A stretch of DNA of 64,000 nt. Origin: Candidatus Zhuqueibacterota bacterium (GTDB taxonomy: Bacteria; Zhuqueibacterota; Zhuqueibacteria; Thermofontimicrobiales; Thermofontimicrobiaceae). Both the position numbers and the translations under genes were made by a program. The first letter of the stretch is position 1; each line of letters opens with the position of its first letter. The stretch is taken from assembly GCA_049322915.1 (NCBI GenBank), contig JBMOPW010000034.1:188858-252857 (forward strand), read 5' to 3'. A model generated the notes under the pieces. The model saw nothing but the letters and a program-made list of their open reading frames with translations. It was not told the origin of the DNA and did no database searches. Below are positions 6,455-15,767 of the stretch, piece by piece.

Positions 6455-8626
6455 CTACTTTGGTTGCAATCTGAAAAATGCACCGTTTTCAGATTCAAAT
6501 GCCTTCAGCTCAAGTCCATTCCGGGTGGCTGCTTCACCTGCGATAGACAAGCCGAGTCCTGTACCCTCTGGTTTGGTGGAAAACTGAGGCTCAAATATTA
6601 CTTCGCTGGCTATAAGCTGAGGTTCTATACCTGGGCCGGTATCCCGATAATCAATGTATTGGAGTTCATTTCCGTCTGTTACAATATCGATTGTGATTTC
6701 CTTTTTGGGGGATTTTTTTTCATTTATCCAGTAAATACTATTATCTGCCAAGTTGGTAAAAATCGCATAGATATCCTGATGCCAACCCGTAAATCTGAAG
6801 TCACCGGAACCGTTAACCTTCACAATAATACCGCCTTTTTTCATTTCCTCGCTGAAGACTTTAAATATTTCCTCAATAATTCTTTTGAGTGGCAGTTGTT
6901 CTCTTTTGCTTCTTTTCCCGGCAGCAAGAGGATCAAGACGGCTGAAAAGTTTCACAAACACATCTGCGTTTTTACTGATACCTTCGGTAATTGGAATAAT
7001 CCTTGCCAATGTTTCAGGATCTTGCTTCTCCTTGAAGGAATTCGACCAATACTCCAGATTTGGAATTTGATTCCTGAAGTAATGCAGAGGCCTCCTGCCT
7101 TCATGCAAAATAACGTTAATTATTTTCCCTAAGGTAGCCTGTCCCTGATAAACTGCGACAGCCTGTCTTATCTCTTCAGCGATACTATTCTTGTCTTCTT
7201 CCTCTTTACTTAGAATTTGGATAATTTCATCTGTAGTTTGTAGATCCACTCCGACCTTTTCTAACTTGGCACGAATACCCCGCTTCAATTCGTCGAAAGC
7301 AAACAATCTTTCCAACTCCCGTTCCACCTTAAGAGCAGGTCTGCTCAGTCCGGCACTTTTCCGGTAGTCAAAACGGCGCTCTTCAAGACGGGCAATTACC
7401 TCGCGGGAAATTGCTTTCAGTTTTTCAAAGGCAACGTTCTCCCGCAGTCCGTCTCTGGCACTTTTTTCTATAATGGTGGATTGTTCTTCGGATTGAATCT
7501 GCACATAGCCTATAACCTGATTACTACCTATTCTCAGAGATGGGTTCTGGACGCGCTGTTCATTCAGCTTTAACCAGTCAAAGTCTGCATCGCCAAGAGG
7601 CCTGATCCGGAAGCCATTCCTGTAAACTCCGATTCCATTGTATTCGTTCAGAAGCTCTCTGGCCTGAAGCTTACCGACATAATTCCCGGATTCATCTTTC
7701 AGTCCTCGTCCAATCAAAGACTCTATGGCCTCCTTTTCCCGATCATAAACCCGGATATCAAAAAATAGCTCACCACATCCTGTCGTGCTCCCGAAATCAA
7801 ACGGAATATTTTCCTCTGTGGTGTTTCTGGCTTTTTGCAGGGAGTAGGTCAGACTTCCCTTCCCATCTGCACCGATCCTGCCGGCAATCCTGTAATCAAA
7901 CAGGTCAACAATCGGATATGGCTCCACGTCCTCGTCGATTAATTCTTCCTGACCTTCAAAGAAGTTTTCGAGTCTCAGGTGAATTCTGAAAGTATCTTTG
8001 GCTTCATCACCAGACAAAATACTGCTAACCGGCGACATTAGTTTTTTTAGCTCAAATTTAAGTTTGTCTATTTGTGTCTTATTTTTGATGTCCTTTTTTA
8101 CCCATTCGTTAATGTGTTCACCATTTCCGGTAATTGTCAGGCGTGTCCCAGACGGAAGGTCTGTTTTCTCACTTTCTACAAGTATCTCCACCTCGTCGAG
8201 ATACTGCACTTTTTCAAAACTGGACCACTCAATATAAACCGTTGTTTTTTCACTATCCGCAACGGTTTCAAGGAAGATGTCGTCGCCTAGAATAGATGCA
8301 GCGTAACGGCCAACACCTTTTCGTCCCTGCATTATCCGTCCGTTCGGGCTTTTTCTCCTTTTCAGCTTGTCATCGGTGGATGGGACCATCCATTGATTGA
8401 TTACGGTATCACTGGACATTCCGTGTCCATGATCCTCGATCGTTATTGAGTACTGATTTCGGCTTTCTGAAGCTTTAAATGTTATATATACATCGGGTGA
8501 GTCTGCATCGTACGCATTTTTTACAAGCTCAACTATAGCCGCATACCTGTCTTGTATGAGGTCCCGACCTATGGTAAGTATATGTCTGCCTGCAGGCCTA
8601 ATCAAATACGATTTTCTTGATTCCAC
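6455..8626 (-). CDS. MORC/MutL-like GHKL ATPase (HATPase_c_3-type) fused to a histidine-kinase core (DHp + CA)
   Basis: N-terminal GHKL boxes: IVELVKNAYDAD (N box), ITIEDHGHGM (G1), GRKGVGRYAAS (G2), plus a MORC-like GIGVYRNGFRIRPLG. The H-box is ILHEGRRPLHYF (H508). The C-terminal kinase ATPase has FTNLADNSIYW, YRDTGPGIEP and FSTKPEGTGLGLSIA. The GTG start overlaps the dcm TAG as TAGTG, with AAGGAGG 8 nt upstream. Confidence 0.8.
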   Translation of the reverse strand: MESRKSYLIRPAGRHILTIGRDLIQDRYAAIVELVKNAYDADSPDVYITFKASESRNQYSITIEDHGHGMSSDTVINQWMVPSTDDKLKRRKSPNGRIMQGRKGVGRYAASILGDDIFLETVADSEKTTVYIEWSSFEKVQYLDEVEILVESEKTDLPSGTRLTITGNGEHINEWVKKDIKNKTQIDKLKFELKKLMSPVSSILSGDEAKDTFRIHLRLENFFEGQEELIDEDVEPYPIVDLFDYRIAGRIGADGKGSLTYSLQKARNTTEENIPFDFGSTTGCGELFFDIRVYDREKEAIESLIGRGLKDESGNYVGKLQARELLNEYNGIGVYRNGFRIRPLGDADFDWLKLNEQRVQNPSLRIGSNQVIGYVQIQSEEQSTIIEKSARDGLRENVAFEKLKAISREVIARLEERRFDYRKSAGLSRPALKVERELERLFAFDELKRGIRAKLEKVGVDLQTTDEIIQILSKEEEDKNSIAEEIRQAVAVYQGQATLGKIINVILHEGRRPLHYFRNQIPNLEYWSNSFKEKQDPETLARIIPITEGISKNADVFVKLFSRLDPLAAGKRSKREQLPLKRIIEEIFKVFSEEMKKGGIIVKVNGSGDFRFTGWHQDIYAIFTNLADNSIYWINEKKSPKKEITIDIVTDGNELQYIDYRDTGPGIEPQLIASEVIFEPQFSTKPEGTGLGLSIAGEAATRNGLELKAFESENGAFFRLQPK

Positions 8627-9891
8627 TACAAAACCTCCTTTAATTTTTCCGCTATTCTCTGAGCAAGCAAAACAGGCACAGCGTTACCAATTTGACGGAA
8701 GGCAGGGGTTCTATGTGGAATACCGGATACACTTTCAAAAAAGTAGTCATCAGGGAATGTCTGAATTCTGGCTACTTCCCTTGGTGTCAGAGAACGGTTT
8801 TGTTCAATATCAGGGTGAATATAGTAGTGCCCGTCCTTGGCTATATGGGCGACAACAGTGTGTGAAAATTGCAGATCGCCGGCGACGACCTTAAACCTGT
8901 CCAGAAATGAATTTCTGTGCCGGTGCGTCTTCAGCCTGTCAGGGAGTTGGTTGTAGTTAAGCCTGTTCTTTTTTTTATTCCAGAGTTCAACAACGATCCT
9001 GTAAATTTCAAGGTCATGGTCTCTATTCGGTCGCGCCTGATGCCATGTAACAGATAGTGAATCATTTCTGATACAGGCATCATAGAGATATGATCCGGTG
9101 TATTTTTTGGTTCTGCAGGGACCGAAATCTCCTTGTCCGGCTTGTAATGGAGGAAGGTCCCTGAAAACCTCATAAACCATTACGTTGGTGTGCCATTTAA
9201 CAGGTTCAGGAAAAAAACCTGTACCTTTCCCCAGCTTTCCGACCAAGATGATCCTTTGCCTGCTTTGCAAAACACCATATTCTTCTGCTGCCAGTGTCAT
9301 AAACTCAGTTTCATAACCTGCATCGCGGAATAGACGCCTCATACTGTCAAAATAAAGATTACCGTTTTCATCCTTAGCTGATAGTAGACCAGTAACATTT
9401 TCAAAGACAAACCACAAAGGGCGGTAACGATTAAGAAATTCCGCGTAGTAGACGTATAGATAGTTTCTCCTGTCGCCCTTCATACGGTTTTTGTCTCTTG
9501 AGCGGCCGACGATTGAATATGCTTGGCAGGGCGGCCCTCCGATAATCAGATCAAGCTTGGCACCATTCAGTAATTCATCTGTCTTTCTGAATAGTTCAGG
9601 AAGAGATTCTTTACTGATTTCGGAATTGATGACAGAATTAATGCAATGAACAGGAACGAGGCTGTAAAGAAAGGAACGTGAAACGTTCCCCAACAAATAA
9701 TCATCATATTGCTCAACGCGGCCATGTGTCTTCAACCAGTGATAAGCCATCCGGGTTCGCAGCGTGAAGCATGCAGCCTGATCAGCTTCAATATGCGCTA
9801 TGGGACAGAATCCGGCCCGAATAAATCCTTCGGATAAACCACCAGCCCCTGCAAAAAGGTCAAGAAATATAGGATTATTGTCACTTCTCAT
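8626..9891 (-). CDS. dcm: DNA (cytosine-5)-methyltransferase
   Basis: C5-MTase motifs: DLFAGAGGLSEGF (I), GGPPCQAYS (IV), FVFENVTGL (VI), QSRQRIILVG (VIII), REVARIQTFPDDY and GNAVPVLLA (X). Confidence 0.93.
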   Translation of the reverse strand: MRSDNNPIFLDLFAGAGGLSEGFIRAGFCPIAHIEADQAACFTLRTRMAYHWLKTHGRVEQYDDYLLGNVSRSFLYSLVPVHCINSVINSEISKESLPELFRKTDELLNGAKLDLIIGGPPCQAYSIVGRSRDKNRMKGDRRNYLYVYYAEFLNRYRPLWFVFENVTGLLSAKDENGNLYFDSMRRLFRDAGYETEFMTLAAEEYGVLQSRQRIILVGKLGKGTGFFPEPVKWHTNVMVYEVFRDLPPLQAGQGDFGPCRTKKYTGSYLYDACIRNDSLSVTWHQARPNRDHDLEIYRIVVELWNKKKNRLNYNQLPDRLKTHRHRNSFLDRFKVVAGDLQFSHTVVAHIAKDGHYYIHPDIEQNRSLTPREVARIQTFPDDYFFESVSGIPHRTPAFRQIGNAVPVLLAQRIAEKLKEVL

Positions 9892-9987
9892 TAGATACTT
9901 TTATTTTTTTTTGGCATAACAGGTTAATAAGATAGCGCGCCAGTTGTTGACCCTATCTCTTCGAAAGACAGTCTGGCAGGTTTCGTC

Positions 9988-11475
9988 TCATTGCTGCTGA
10001 GCGGATTGCGATCGCGATGAGAAATATTTCCAGAGAAAATACACAGGAATGCCCAGCAGAACAATGCCCACTCCCGGCACGGTATATTTCGGCTTGAAAA
10101 CGAGAAGATCAATCGAGATCAATGCAATCGCCACCATATAGACCACCGGAAGGATGGGATAACCAAATGCTTTATACGGGCGCTCCGCGTCCGGACGCTT
10201 TTTCCTTAAAATGAACAGGCCAATGACGGTCAGAATGTAAAAAAAGAGAACAGCAAACATGACATAATCGAGCAGGTCGCTGTAGGTGCCGGACAGACAC
10301 AACACACTCGCCCACACGCCCTGAACCACCAGCGCAGCGCCGGGCACGGCCTTTTTATTGAGGACGCCGGCGCCTTTGAAAAACAGCCCATCCTGAGCCA
10401 TGGCATAATACACCCGCGCGCCTGCAAGAATGAGTCCGTTATTACAGCCGAAGGTCGAAATCATGATCAACACCGCCATAATCACAACGGCCGGATCGCC
10501 GAATATCATCGACGCGACGGCCGTGCCAACGCGATCATCCGTGGCGAACTGCAAACCGCGTCCCATGACAGTCGCTTCGGTCGGGCTCCCCTGCACTGGC
10601 AGCACGAGGATGTAAGCGAGATTGGCCAAAATGTACAGCAGCGTGACCGAGATCGTTCCCAGCGCCAGACTCAGCGGCATGTTTCTCTTCGGATTGATGA
10701 TTTCGCCGGCGGTGAACGTCACATTGTTCCAGGCGTCACTGGAGAAAAGCGAACCGACCATGGCTGCCCCGATCGCAGCGACAATCATCATTCCGGCGAG
10801 CGGTTCGATGGAAGCAATGGCGCCGCCGTCAATGTGAGTCCAACTCGCTCTCCAGAAATTGGAAAAATTTGCTGTAATGGCGTCGGCGTTTCTTCCAATC
10901 AAAAGGCCCAGCGCAATCAATCCGAGCAGAGCGACCGTTTTGGTGATGGTGAAGAGATCCTGCACAATCTTGCCCTGCCGCAATCCGCGGGTATTGATGA
11001 AGGTCAGAACGACAATGCTGAGGATAGCGAGCAATCGGGCTGCTGAAATTTTCAATCCCAGGATGGTGAACAGCACGTTTTTCTCGCCCAACGCTGGCAC
11101 GAACACAGCGGTGAACTTCGCGAAGGCGACCGCAACCGCCGCGATCATCCCTGTCTGAATGACCATAAACAGGGTCCAGCCGTAAAGAAAACCGACCAGC
11201 GGATTATAGGCTTCGCGAAGATAGACATATTGCCCCCCGGCTCTGGGCATCATCCCGGCGAGTTCGCCGTAACTGAGCGCGCCGAGGATGGTGATCACGC
11301 CGGTTATCAGCCAGACAAGCAGGAGGTAGCCAGGCCCTCCCACTGTCCGGGAAATATCTGCACTGACGATGAAAATGCCCGAGCCGATCATGGAGCCAAT
11401 CACAATCATGGTGCAATCAAGCAGACGTAATTCTTTTTTAAACTCAGAATGTGATGCTTTGGATGATTGGGTCAT
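9988..11475 (-). CDS. APC-superfamily amino acid permease (LAT/SteT-like)
   Basis: 495 aa, about 12 TM. MIVIGSMIGSGIFIVSADI...GALSYGELAGMMPRAGGQYVYLREAY is typical of APC amino acid transporters. Confidence 0.85.
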   Translation of the reverse strand: MTQSSKASHSEFKKELRLLDCTMIVIGSMIGSGIFIVSADISRTVGGPGYLLLVWLITGVITILGALSYGELAGMMPRAGGQYVYLREAYNPLVGFLYGWTLFMVIQTGMIAAVAVAFAKFTAVFVPALGEKNVLFTILGLKISAARLLAILSIVVLTFINTRGLRQGKIVQDLFTITKTVALLGLIALGLLIGRNADAITANFSNFWRASWTHIDGGAIASIEPLAGMMIVAAIGAAMVGSLFSSDAWNNVTFTAGEIINPKRNMPLSLALGTISVTLLYILANLAYILVLPVQGSPTEATVMGRGLQFATDDRVGTAVASMIFGDPAVVIMAVLIMISTFGCNNGLILAGARVYYAMAQDGLFFKGAGVLNKKAVPGAALVVQGVWASVLCLSGTYSDLLDYVMFAVLFFYILTVIGLFILRKKRPDAERPYKAFGYPILPVVYMVAIALISIDLLVFKPKYTVPGVGIVLLGIPVYFLWKYFSSRSQSAQQQ

Positions 11476-11500
11476 TTATATGTTCCGATTTGGCTTTCCA

Positions 11501-11638
11501 TTATTTTTCAGAGGATTGCTCTGCATTTTTTTTGCCGAATAAAACTTTATAAAAACAATAGAAAGTAAAATAGAGAATCGCTCCCCATGCAGCAATGAGG
11601 AAAATCCACCCCCCGGCATTTAGACCGAATTGGTTCAT
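11501..11638 (-). CDS. 45-aa single-TM micro-protein, MetS-like small subunit of the adjacent NSS transporter
   Basis: Hand translation gives MNQFGLNAGGWIFLIAAWGAILYFTFYCFYKVLFGKKNAEQSSEK*. It is 83 nt downstream of the NSS gene on the same strand. That position matches the small subunit of MetPS-type NSS importers. It is below the ORF-track length cutoff. Confidence 0.5.
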   Translation of the reverse strand: MNQFGLNAGGWIFLIAAWGAILYFTFYCFYKVLFGKKNAEQSSEK

Positions 11639-11721
11639 TTCATGAACTCCATATTAGTGATGAATGCACAGAATGCGCAGATCAGGCGACAGGCGTGGCG
11701 TTCTGCGCCATATCCCGTGCT

Positions 11722-13335
11722 TTACGAATTTTCCACCTCGTGATGAATTGTGCCTTTCTTGTACGCGTAAGCAATGAGCAGAATACAGACGACGATCAGA
11801 CCGACAATCATGAACCGGGCGCCCCACAAATATGGGATGTGAGCCGCGTCTTTTCCACTCATCAACAAAATGGGAATACCATCCTGAACGCCCCAGAATA
11901 CCAGCAGGCCGATAAGGTAAACAGGAGTGATAAATTGAATGATGAATTTAAATATTTTAGGAACGCGAATATCGGCCCCTTCATTGATTTCAGCCCATGC
12001 CCGTTTCATGCCAAAGATCCATGCGAACAGGATCACTTCGATCATTGCAAAGACCACCAGGCCAAACGTGCCGGCCCAGAAATCCAATTCATCCAGAAAG
12101 CCATGACCGAGGAACATGACGACAGGGAGACCGCACAGCAATAGCACAGCGCCGATGACGAGCGCTGCCTTCTGCCGCTTCATTTTCAGTTGATCCTGCA
12201 AAAAAGCCATGGCCGGCGAGCACAGCGCCACCGATGAGGTGATGCCGGCAAAGAACAGCAGGATGAACCACATCGCGCCAAACATCTGTCCCAAAGGCAG
12301 TTTCTGAAAAATAATTGGCATCGCCGCAAAGCCAAGATTGAACGCGCCGCCGTCCGCGATGGCTCTGGTTTCAGTCAAACCGAAGAACGCCACAGCTACC
12401 GGGATAGCAATCGATCCGCCGAGGATTACTTCAGTAAATTCATTGGTCACGGAAGTGCTCAGGCCGGTCAGGGCAATGTCATCGCGACGCTTCATATAGC
12501 TGGCATAGGTGAGAATCGAACCGGTGCCGATGCTCAGCGTGAAGAAAATTTGTCCGGCCGCCGCCAACCAGGGCTTCGCTTTGGTGATCTGACTGAAGTC
12601 GGGATTCCACAAATACCCGAAGCCATTCATGACGCTGTTTTCCGGCTGAGCTGGATCTGGTGTGCCCAGGGTGAAAACCCGAATCACTAAAATGATGGCG
12701 AAAATGAACAGCGTGGGCATGGCAATTTTAGCCAGCCGCTCGATGCCTTCGGCTACGCCACGTGAGAGAACCCAGACATTTATAGAAATGGTGATGAAAA
12801 AGAAGATCAAAGCGACGAAGGGGATCGCAAGGACTTCTCCCGTGATTCCTGAGAAGTGTGCGCTGGATGTGATGCCTTGAAAGCTCTGCAGAAAAGTCAG
12901 CATGCTGTCGCGATCCAGGATACCAAAGTATTTGCCAGTGATGGAAAAGGAGCTATACGCCAGGGTCCATGATTCAATATAGTTGTAATAAATTGCAAAG
13001 GATATTGGGATGGCAATGCCCAGCGCTCCCAGGTAGTTGGCAATCCTGGAGCCAACCCGCGACCTGGCTAGCGTACCAAAAGCGCCGGCTGCTGAGCCGT
13101 AATGGAATTGTCCGCCACGACGACCAATCGACCATTCCACCCACATCAATGGGATACCCAGCAAAAGAAGGGCGACAAAATAAGGGATCATAAAAGCGCC
13201 GCCGCCGTTCTTGGCCGCCTGGACCGGGAAGCGAAGAAAATTGCCCAATCCGATGGCGTTTCCCGCCATAGCCAGAATGAGTCCGATTCGAGAAGCCCAG
13301 AGTTCACGGGACTGAGATTTCTCAAGGTCTTTCAT
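11722..13335 (-). CDS. Neurotransmitter:sodium symporter (NSS/SNF) family transporter
   Basis: 537 aa. WASRIGLILAMAGNAIGLGNFLRFPVQAAKNGGGAFMIPYFVALLLLGIPLMWVEWSIGR is the NSS signature. Confidence 0.9.
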   Translation of the reverse strand: MKDLEKSQSRELWASRIGLILAMAGNAIGLGNFLRFPVQAAKNGGGAFMIPYFVALLLLGIPLMWVEWSIGRRGGQFHYGSAAGAFGTLARSRVGSRIANYLGALGIAIPISFAIYYNYIESWTLAYSSFSITGKYFGILDRDSMLTFLQSFQGITSSAHFSGITGEVLAIPFVALIFFFITISINVWVLSRGVAEGIERLAKIAMPTLFIFAIILVIRVFTLGTPDPAQPENSVMNGFGYLWNPDFSQITKAKPWLAAAGQIFFTLSIGTGSILTYASYMKRRDDIALTGLSTSVTNEFTEVILGGSIAIPVAVAFFGLTETRAIADGGAFNLGFAAMPIIFQKLPLGQMFGAMWFILLFFAGITSSVALCSPAMAFLQDQLKMKRQKAALVIGAVLLLCGLPVVMFLGHGFLDELDFWAGTFGLVVFAMIEVILFAWIFGMKRAWAEINEGADIRVPKIFKFIIQFITPVYLIGLLVFWGVQDGIPILLMSGKDAAHIPYLWGARFMIVGLIVVCILLIAYAYKKGTIHHEVENS

Positions 13336-13338
13336 AAA

Positions 13339-14736
13339 CTAATTTTCCTTCCTCGATTTGAAGTTCCAGAATAAATAAACCGGCACTCCCAATGCTACGA
13401 TGATCAAGCCGAATAAGGAGTCTCGCGGATCCGTGATTAGCGTGTTTATGACAAACAAGATAGAGACTAAAATGAATGCGATGGGAATCCAGGGATAGCC
13501 CCAGGTTTTGTAGGGTCGTTCGACGTTCGGCCATTTCTTCCGCAGCACCAAAACAGCGCTGGTTGTGAGGCCGTAAAATAACCAGGCGGCGAAGATGACG
13601 TACGTGAATAGCTGATCGAAGCGCCCGGAGAGCGTCAGTATCGCGGCCCAGATGCCTTGAACAGTCACTGAAACGTGCGGCGTTCTGAATCGGGGATGCA
13701 CATCGCCCATGCTCCTGAAGAATACTCTATCATCCGCCATGGCGTAGGTAACGCGCGCGCCCGAAAGGATCATGCCATTGACTGTGCCGAAGGTGGAGAT
13801 CATCACTGCGGCGGAAATGAGAGCGCCACCGATGGGTCCTAAAAATGTTTTCATGGCATCGGCGGCCACCAGCGTGGACGTGCTGATGTCCTTGATTGGG
13901 AGGACGTAAGCGTACGCCCAGTTGGCGGCAAGGTAGACGATAATGACGACAGAAGTTCCCAAAAATAAGGCGCGCGGGATTGTCCGTTGAGGCTCTTTCA
14001 CCTCAGCGGCGACATAGGTGGTGTTATTCCAGCCATCATACGCCCACAACGCGGCAACCATGGCCACGCCAAACGCGCTGAGCAGGTTGAAAGAAAATTC
14101 TGCCGGTAATAGCGGTTTGAACGCCTCCGGCGAAGCATGGCCAGCAATGAAAGTCAGCACGATCAACCCGGCCAGAGCGGCGACCTTCAAAAATGTGAAG
14201 ATATTTTGAATCCACGCGGCCAATTTCACGCCCAGATAGTTGACAATGGACAGCACGATAATGCAGAGAATAGCCACTGCTTTAACGCCAATATCTTCGA
14301 TGCGAAATTGAAATCCGAGGTCGAGAACGATGGTCTTGTGGAAAAGCGCCTGGAAGGATTCGGGGATGAAATAGCCGACGTACAACGCGAAGGCAACGGC
14401 GACAGCGGCTACGGAGCCAGCCTTGATGACAAGAAACTCGGTCCAGCCGAATAAAAATGCAGGAAAAATACCATACGCCTCGCGCAGATAAACATATTGT
14501 CCGCCGGCATGGGGTATCATGCCACCTAATTCCGCGTACGAGAGCGCGCCAAAAAGAGACAGTAACCCGGCAAAAAACCAAACAAAGATCATGAGTCCAA
14601 AGCTGCCAACCTGAGTAGCGATCGTATTGGGCACCAGGAAAATACCGCTTCCAATAACGGAGCCAATTAGAATCGCTGTCGTGTCCAAAGGGCCAAGCAC
14701 ACGAAGAAGTTTCGGCTCCGAAAGCTCATTGCTCAT
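13339..14736 (-). CDS. APC-superfamily amino acid permease (paralogue of 9988..11475)
   Basis: 465 aa with ILIGSVIGSGIFLVPNTIA...GALSYAELGGMIPHAGGQYVYLREAYG. Its stop is 3 nt before the NSS start. Confidence 0.85.
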   Translation of the reverse strand: MSNELSEPKLLRVLGPLDTTAILIGSVIGSGIFLVPNTIATQVGSFGLMIFVWFFAGLLSLFGALSYAELGGMIPHAGGQYVYLREAYGIFPAFLFGWTEFLVIKAGSVAAVAVAFALYVGYFIPESFQALFHKTIVLDLGFQFRIEDIGVKAVAILCIIVLSIVNYLGVKLAAWIQNIFTFLKVAALAGLIVLTFIAGHASPEAFKPLLPAEFSFNLLSAFGVAMVAALWAYDGWNNTTYVAAEVKEPQRTIPRALFLGTSVVIIVYLAANWAYAYVLPIKDISTSTLVAADAMKTFLGPIGGALISAAVMISTFGTVNGMILSGARVTYAMADDRVFFRSMGDVHPRFRTPHVSVTVQGIWAAILTLSGRFDQLFTYVIFAAWLFYGLTTSAVLVLRKKWPNVERPYKTWGYPWIPIAFILVSILFVINTLITDPRDSLFGLIIVALGVPVYLFWNFKSRKEN

Positions 14737-14847
14737 TTACTCTCCAGATTTTTCAAAAAAGGACAGTGAAACAAAGAACGATTTTCGTGAATGCGTACAC
14801 CATGTGGAATGACGCACGAAGTGAATTTCGACACAGCCTCAATGGGT

Positions 14848-15711
14848 CTATGCGGTCGCATTGGTCTTATCTGCATTTTTCAGCAGCATCATCTGCCGTT
14901 TTTTCACGATGATGGATAACAAAATTGAGCCCACCAGAATGACCAGAATCAGAATGAGCGCGAGACTGGTGGGAATTTTCATATTGAACAACGGCAGAAT
15001 CAGCTTGAGTCCGGCTAAAAACAGGATAGCGCCCACACCATGCTTGACGAATATAAATAAGTCCTGCATCCGCTCCAGGAAGAAATACAGGGAGCGTAAT
15101 CCCAATATCGCGAGGATATTGGACGAGTACACAATGAACGTATCCGTGGTCACGGCGAAAATTGCCGGAATGGAGTCCATGGCAAAGATCAGATCTGTGC
15201 TTTCGACTAAAATTAAAATCACGAACAGCGGTGTCGCATGGAGTCGTCCTTTAATTTTTACGAAGAAATGCTCTTTGTGCAACTGGTCGGTGATTGGAAT
15301 GACCTTTCGAACATACTTCAGCATCGTGCTCTGTGACGGATCGATTTTCCGTTCCTTGCCGAAGACGATTTTTGAAGATGAATAGACAAGCGTCAATCCA
15401 ACGATATACAAAATCCAATGAAACTCGTGAACAATGGTGATGCCGACGATGATCAGAACGAATCTCAGAACGATGGCGGCTGCAATGCCAAAGTTCAGCA
15501 CCCGTCTCTGATACTTGGATTCGATTCCAAAATATGAAAAGATCATCAGGAAGATAAATAAATTATCGATGCTCAATGACTTTTCGATGACATACCCGGC
15601 TAAAAACTCCATCGCTTTAGCCGGGCCCATCATTACATAAATCCCTGCATTAAATAGCAGCGAAATTGCAATCCAAAAAACTGTCCAAAATGTAATTCTT
15701 CTTAGTGACAT
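14848..15711 (-). CDS. TerC-family integral membrane protein
   Basis: 287 aa. EFLAGYVIEKSLSIDNLFIFLMIF and a second LVESTDLIFAMDSIPAIFAVT repeat are typical of TerC/Alx. Confidence 0.8.
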   Translation of the reverse strand: MSLRRITFWTVFWIAISLLFNAGIYVMMGPAKAMEFLAGYVIEKSLSIDNLFIFLMIFSYFGIESKYQRRVLNFGIAAAIVLRFVLIIVGITIVHEFHWILYIVGLTLVYSSSKIVFGKERKIDPSQSTMLKYVRKVIPITDQLHKEHFFVKIKGRLHATPLFVILILVESTDLIFAMDSIPAIFAVTTDTFIVYSSNILAILGLRSLYFFLERMQDLFIFVKHGVGAILFLAGLKLILPLFNMKIPTSLALILILVILVGSILLSIIVKKRQMMLLKNADKTNATA

Positions 15712-15767
15712 GGTACATCAACTCTCTAATCTGAAAAAAACCAGTAAACCTCATTGTGAAAAGAATG

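Noticed and set aside
15712-15767. Expected a yybP-ykoY (Mn) riboswitch upstream of the TerC-family gene
   Set aside because: Only ~56 nt separate the TerC start from the upstream PPase stop. That is too short for the riboswitch, and no matching conserved helices are visible.
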